A stretch of DNA of 63,192 nucleotides, filler included, from Stramenopiles sp. TOSAG23-2 (taxonomy: Eukaryota), in NCBI GenBank assembly GCA_900128395.1. It is 7 parts of 7 records of this genome, joined end to end, with 100 filler letters (N's around TTAATTAATTAA, not from the genome) between each part and the next. Parts side by side here need not be neighbours in the genome. Positions count along the whole stretch, not along the records: positions 48,108 to 60,016 come from LT649892.1; positions 60,117 to 61,604 come from LT652801.1; positions 61,705 to 63,192 come from LT652802.1; 4 more parts are not named here. One strand, written 5' to 3'. The position numbers and the translations under genes are program-made. How positions within the stretch are numbered: the stretch's first letter is position 1; each line of letters begins with the position of its first letter. Positions 58,036-63,192 of this stretch are shown here, one piece after another. Under the pieces are notes generated by a model. It was not told the DNA's origin and did no database searches. It saw only the letters and a list, made by a program, of their open reading frames with translations.

Positions 58036-59757
58036 ATGCCTACTCTATCAGATGAAGGAGAGGACCGGAAAGAATCGGAAGAAGAAGAAGAGGAGGAGGA
58101 GGAGGAAGCAGTGGAAGAAGAATCAGAAGAAGAAGACCAGCAGAAAGAAGTGGAAGACAACGATAAAGAAGAACAACAGAAATCAAATGTTAAAGAAAAT
58201 GATGACTCAGAAGATAAGGCAGAAAACAAAGTAGAACATGAGCAAGAAATTGATTTATTTGCACTCGCAGAGAATGAAAAGTCTATGAAACATGGTGTTG
58301 AGGAAGATAAAGAAGATGATGATGATATTAACAATTATGAAGCAGATGATGATGAAAAACGAAATAGAAAAATAAATCGTAACAGAGAAGATGTCGAAAA
58401 CGAGGAAGAGATAGTAACAGAAGAGACAAATAATATGGCAAAGAAAAATTATAAAACAGAACGTAATAAGAAAGACAAAGAAGAAGAAGAAGAAGAAGAA
58501 GAAGAAGAGGAAGAGGAAAAAGTATCGCAATCTATAAAAAGAAGAAAGACCATGGATAAGGAAAAAAATTCATTTGTACATAATGAAAAATACCAAGTCA
58601 GATTTCGCAATTCGAAGAAATCACAAATATTGAGGGAAATTAATAATTTGTCAATGATATTGCAATCTGAGAAAAGTCCAACCTTTAATTTGACTAGAGA
58701 GCGTTTAAAATCGTTGGAAAATCAAATTGATGCGTTAAGGAAAACTTTGAAAATTGTACAAAATGAAATTGAAAAAGATTCGATAGAATATGAAAAAATA
58801 AAGAAACAAACAGAGGAAGCGTTCGGGAAATTAAGTGAGCAAATCAAACCATTGTTAGCTCAGAAGAAGTTATTGGTGAAAGAAGTTCATGTGCAACGTG
58901 GGGATCTTGAACATAAAAAACGAGATGCAAATTTATACAAACATGCTTTAATTGGTGTTGAAAGAGAAATCGGACGGGTACGCCAAGAAAGGATTACTGC
59001 CACTGGTCGTGATGGTGAAATTGATAGAGCCATTCATAAGTCCATTTACAGTCTTATACAAAAAAGGGAAGAAATGAAAGAAATTGTGAATATGTTAATG
59101 AGGGTATTTAATGCATATGATGATGGTTTGAAATCATTAGATCATATTGTTCAATTATGGAATAGTGTTCACAAAAACAACAACAACAACAATAACAATA
59201 ACAATAAACAACAAAAATCAAGTGCTGCTAGTGGGCTGAAAAGCTTCTTTGCTCGTTCAAATAACAACAACAATAATAAAGATAATGCAAAACATCGAGC
59301 GTCTACACTCCAAGAGATTGAAACAATTGTTGCAAAATTATGTGATAAATTAAGTGTATGCAACGATATGGTAAGATATTTAGATAGAATCAAAGGTATC
59401 TCAAATACAGCAAAAACAATAACATTACCAGCAACACGAGCCTACCAAAATTATAATAATGGTAATAACAACGACAACTATGTAAACAATAACGATGATG
59501 AAAAATATTTAAAACTATCAAGTACAATTGAATTGTTAAATTATGCATCTATTGTATTAAAAGATTCATCATTACAATTTTTAGATTATTGTGAACTTCG
59601 TATGAAAAATAAAAAGCCCCAAGAATATTTAGAATTCTTAAGCAATCGTTTAACACAAATATGTCAATTAAATGGCATTAGTAGACATTCATTAAATAAA
59701 TTACAAAGCTCTAGTCGAAGCATACAAATTAACAATTCCCAGCAAGGAAATTGGTAA
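58036..59757 (+). CDS. Acidic coiled-coil hypothetical protein
   Basis: 573-aa ORF with a poly-Glu N-terminus and heptad-rich centre. Confidence 0.75.
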   Translation: MPTLSDEGEDRKESEEEEEEEEEEAVEEESEEEDQQKEVEDNDKEEQQKSNVKENDDSEDKAENKVEHEQEIDLFALAENEKSMKHGVEEDKEDDDDINNYEADDDEKRNRKINRNREDVENEEEIVTEETNNMAKKNYKTERNKKDKEEEEEEEEEEEEEKVSQSIKRRKTMDKEKNSFVHNEKYQVRFRNSKKSQILREINNLSMILQSEKSPTFNLTRERLKSLENQIDALRKTLKIVQNEIEKDSIEYEKIKKQTEEAFGKLSEQIKPLLAQKKLLVKEVHVQRGDLEHKKRDANLYKHALIGVEREIGRVRQERITATGRDGEIDRAIHKSIYSLIQKREEMKEIVNMLMRVFNAYDDGLKSLDHIVQLWNSVHKNNNNNNNNNNKQQKSSAASGLKSFFARSNNNNNNKDNAKHRASTLQEIETIVAKLCDKLSVCNDMVRYLDRIKGISNTAKTITLPATRAYQNYNNGNNNDNYVNNNDDEKYLKLSSTIELLNYASIVLKDSSLQFLDYCELRMKNKKPQEYLEFLSNRLTQICQLNGISRHSLNKLQSSSRSIQINNSQQGNW

Positions 59758-60016
59758 AGATTTAAATGAGGGTTATAATCTAAAGGTATCATAATAATAA
59801 TAACAAAAACATTTAGATTGATTAAAGAATGTGATTTACAACTTGATGAAGGAGTAGCTTTTTTAACTAACAAAGGAGAAACGCGATTGCAGGCAACACC
59901 GCCATTTAATGATGGAGCGGCTATATCTGAGACACATGACATGGAACACATCAGGAATGACTCTATTCGTCACACACCGGTTAAATCAAAAACAAATACA
60001 CATACCGATAAACGCA

Positions 60017-60116
60017 NNNNNNNNNNNNNNNNNNNNNNNNNNNNNNNNNNNNNNNNNNNNTTAATTAATTAANNNNNNNNNNNNNNNNNNNNNNNNNNNN
60101 NNNNNNNNNNNNNNNN
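60017..60116. other. Artificial scaffold linker
   Basis: 44N-TTAATTAATTAA-44N. Confidence 0.97.
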
Positions 60117-60895
60117 GTTTCACGGTAAATATTGCCTGTAGCAAACATCATCATTTCCATCTTTTTATCTTTGAACATTGTCCATAATCCATTTAAACTA
60201 AACAAGAAAATGTGAATGAAACACGAGCGTTTTATTGAACGTTTACGAAAGACGTAATCATCGCCGTATTGGAAGAGAATCACTCCAACTTCAGTTCCAT
60301 TAAAAGTTCTGTCGTAAATTAGATACACAGTGAGTAGTGTAAAAAGAATCCCAATGATCAACACAAGAACCCTGTTTTTCAATTTGACTGCATCTAGCAA
60401 CAGGAAAAGTGATGCGGTAAGAAGATAGATAAAACCTTCGACTGGTGAAAACGAATTATACGGCTTAGCACAATTGATAAGGAAATTTTAAATTCCTAAC
60501 GCCAAAATCATCACCACATTCACTTCTTGCAGTAGTCTTCGAGCGATCACCAAGGAAAAGTTCTTGTAATAAATCACTCCAACACAAAAAAGTCCTACAA
60601 GAGCAAACAGAGCAGCAACAACAAAAAGAGGAAAGTTATGACCACCAAATAGAATGCTATTGAGCACATAAAGAACCCCACCAAAACCACAACACACAGC
60701 CACCCCACGCTGTCCCCACTTCACCCTCCAATCCAACCACTCGTCCAGTTCCACTACTTTCCCCAAGAGTCGAATACTTTTTCGACGTTCATGTTGTTGA
60801 GCCCAGGAGTTGCGACTATTTGCATTAGTCAACCCCCGAGTCCCAGGTGAAACTCCAGCAAGTTCCTGTGTTTTCGGCGTAGAATTATTATTCAT
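60117..60895 (-). pseudogene. Multi-pass membrane protein interrupted by one in-frame TAA, 3' end truncated
   Basis: ORFs 60488..60895 and 60065..60400 share a frame: ...LALGI*NFLINCAKPYNSFSPVEGFIYLLTASLFLLLDAVK... Confidence 0.65.
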
Positions 60896-61080
60896 ATTTG
60901 TTGTTGTTGCGAGAAGGTTCTTGATCTTTTTACTTGGTTTCTTTACTTTGTTGATTCTTACTTGTTTTTTCGTTGAACAAGCGTGAGAATTGCTTAATAT
61001 TTTGCTATAGGCTACTATAAGGTTTTATTAACAAAATATTTGTAGATGGTAAAATACCGATTTTTTGCTATTTGGCATAC

Positions 61081-61225
61081 AAAAAGGTTTTTTGCTTTTT
61101 TACTCAATATCAAACCAGAAGGTTTTTTGCTTTTTTACTCGACATCAACAAAAAAGTTTTTTTGCTTTTTTACTCAATATCAACAAAAAAGTTTTTTTGC
61201 TTTTTTACTGGACGTCAAAAAAAAG
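61081..61225. repeat. Minisatellite of about 35 bp, four copies
   Basis: Unit gttttttgcttttttactc(a/g)a(t/c)atcaa repeated. Confidence 0.85.
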
Positions 61226-61604
61226 GGATTTTAATCCTTTTGTCTTTTTGACTAAAAATTTTCTTTTAGGTATAACGCTCTTCGTATACTGTAAGCATGA
61301 ATTCAATGAAAGAGCTTATTTATTAAGCTACACCAAACTAATTTAATAATACTGCACACTACTGCTGGACTGCAATATATTAATTTAATAAAGAAGACGT
61401 GGCATAAGAAATTTATAAATAAAAATTATTTTTATATACGAAGTGTATAAAATAAAAAGCTTTTAGAATCAAAAAAGATATATACTGAGCCGTCATGTAA
61501 TAAATTATTACGTTCAGTGTAATATTACCGAATATTTTTTAATGAGATTATCATTAAAATAAAAAACGCACACTTTTTCTACGTAGTTCTCAGTTAAAAT
61601 ACGA

Positions 61605-61704
61605 NNNNNNNNNNNNNNNNNNNNNNNNNNNNNNNNNNNNNNNNNNNNTTAATTAATTAANNNNNNNNNNNNNNNNNNNNNNNNNNNNNNNNNNNNNNNN
61701 NNNN
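61605..61704. other. Artificial scaffold linker
   Basis: 44N-TTAATTAATTAA-44N. Confidence 0.97.
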
Positions 61705-62018
61705 ACAATCAAATAGCTTAATTCATAGACGGAAAACCAATCCAAGTTTTTCCTATTTTTCTTTTTTAAAACGAGAAATTCCGAATCTATAATAATCGAC
61801 CTTTTTTTAATGGGAATACCATTGCTTTTACAAAACTTTGTCCAAAATGCCCAAAAGTTTTTCCGTGTTTTCAAGAGTTTAAATATTTCCTCAACCCATG
61901 CTGCAGTCATTTCTACCTTGTTGCTGCTATTACTACTACTACTACTACTAGAGCTACTACTACTACTACTAGAGCTACTACTACCAACCGAGGTAAGTCT
62001 TTTTCTTTTTTTTCCCAT
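61705..62018 (-). CDS. N-terminal fragment of a hypothetical protein
   Basis: MGKKRKR (NLS-like) plus poly-Ser; runs into the scaffold end. Confidence 0.5.
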
Positions 62019-62271
62019 TGTGCTTTGTGCGTGCCCAGGGCGTGCTACTACTATTATTACTACTACTACTACTTATCGCTCCTAATATACGGTCAGGAGA
62101 AATTGCAACAACAACTACGATAAGTTGTTTGACAAGGTCAGGTAACCACACCTTCGATGTAAGAAATTTGTAGATTACTGATAACCAGGACCCTGAACAG
62201 GCTATTACTATTATATCGTAATTGTTGTTGCAATACTCCTGCAGCTTATTACGTATGGAGGAAAAACTAAA

Positions 62272-62550
62272 ACTTTAAACGCGTGACGTTAAAATATACC
62301 AAATACAACTTTAAGCAAATTAAAAACTTTAAACGCGTGACGTTAAAATATACAAATACGAACTTAAAGCAAAATAAAATACTTTAAACGCGTGACGTTT
62401 TTGTTATATAGACAAAAAAAATATCTATCGAATACGAACTTCAAACAAAATAAAATACTTTAAACGCGTGACGTTTTTGTTATGTAGACAAAAAAATATA
62501 TATATCGAATACGAACTTTAAACAAATTAAAAACTTTAAACGCGTGACGT
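62272..62550. repeat. Tandem array with invariant 18-bp core ACTTTAAACGCGTGACGT, five copies
   Basis: Cores at 62272, 62326, 62381, 62457 and 62533 (periods 54, 55, 76, 76). Confidence 0.9.
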
Positions 62551-62624
62551 GTGTTTTTTGTGGACTAAAAAAAAAAATTGAAAATCTTTGAAAGATTTTC
62601 ACGACAAAAATATAACTTGTTAGT

Positions 62625-62652
62625 ATATATACATATTTGTACATGTGATGTA

Positions 62653-62685
<33 letters not shown>

Positions 62686-62723
62686 GTGTGTATGCAAGCA
62701 TGTATATATGTGTGTGTGTGTGA

Positions 62724-62754
<31 letters not shown>

Positions 62755-62778
62755 AGCATGTATATACGTGTGTGTATG

Positions 62779-62827
<49 letters not shown>

Positions 62828-62926
62828 ACATTTACATGTATATGTATACATACATATACATATATATATGTATATAAATATGTATGTATGTATGTATGTA
62901 TGTGTGTGTATATATATATATATATG
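62625..62926. repeat. (TA)n/(TG)n/(TATG)n compound microsatellite
   Basis: Directly visible in the sequence. Confidence 0.92.
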
Positions 62927-63192
62927 TAAGTAGTACTTACTTCTTTTTCTTTTACTACTTGTGTTTTTCTGTTATGTTTCTACCTTTTGTATTAGTTTCA
63001 ACTAAGAATATATTTTAATTTTAATTATAATATATATATTTTAAATTTCAAACAACCTTCATTCATTTTTTCGAAGAAGTGTGAGATGGTATAAAATTAA
63101 ATCAACAATATAGGAATAGGCTTGAATACAGTATTTACATAGGTAAACGGCGAATATATACTTAACGAATACCAGGGAAATAACATGCAATA

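Noticed and set aside
59818-60016. Short ORF at the scaffold end
   Set aside because: TTG start, truncated by the linker, no recognisable domain; it may be coding but cannot be supported.
60488-60490. Alternative genetic code (TAA read as sense)
   Set aside because: Single instance; TAA terminates several well-supported genes here, such as PUS7 and the LRR protein.
11945-61704. About 12-kb periodic TTAATTAATTAA motif as a biological repeat
   Set aside because: It is always centred in 44+44 N, so it is a synthetic six-frame stop linker.
62272-62550. CRISPR-like array
   Set aside because: The core is only 18 bp, the intervening sequences resemble each other, there are no cas genes, and the context is eukaryotic.
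62480-62851. ORFs in the terminal microsatellite
   Set aside because: Translations of (TA)n/(TG)n repeats.

Overview
This is AT-rich eukaryotic DNA with compact, apparently intronless genes rich in poly-Asn/poly-Glu tracts. The gene set (CDPKs, Csm1, TBCB, a GT41 fragment, RRL/LRG-type motifs in secreted proteins) suggests a protist, possibly a stramenopile; that assignment is an inference. The window is not one locus. It is seven scaffolds (11944, 11928, 11924, 11911, 11909, 1488 and 1488 bp) joined by artificial 100-nt linkers (44N-TTAATTAATTAA-44N), so synteny across linkers means nothing. Recognisable genes: F-box/LRR, TBCB, WW coiled-coil, SAPS-like, ankyrin, LRR, TBC RabGAP, F-box-like, PUS7, Csm1, two CDPK-family kinases, LONRF-like, GT25 and an EF-hand/coiled-coil protein. 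The most interesting items are a secreted protein ending in a bacterial-type zinc DD-peptidase (M15/LAS-like) domain, a 2645-aa polytopic membrane protein with an unusual TM-array/TPR/C2/IQ/7TM architecture, a secreted ELWxxDGT-repeat protein, a MITE with perfect 17-bp TIRs and a 9-bp TSD, a hairpin-flanked 458-bp tandem-repeat element, and a recurrent intergenic palindrome TACCWGGTA. Several lesions look like amplification or assembly artefacts (a chimeric kinase, exact ~110-bp duplications). All family calls come from motif recognition by eye; no searches were run.
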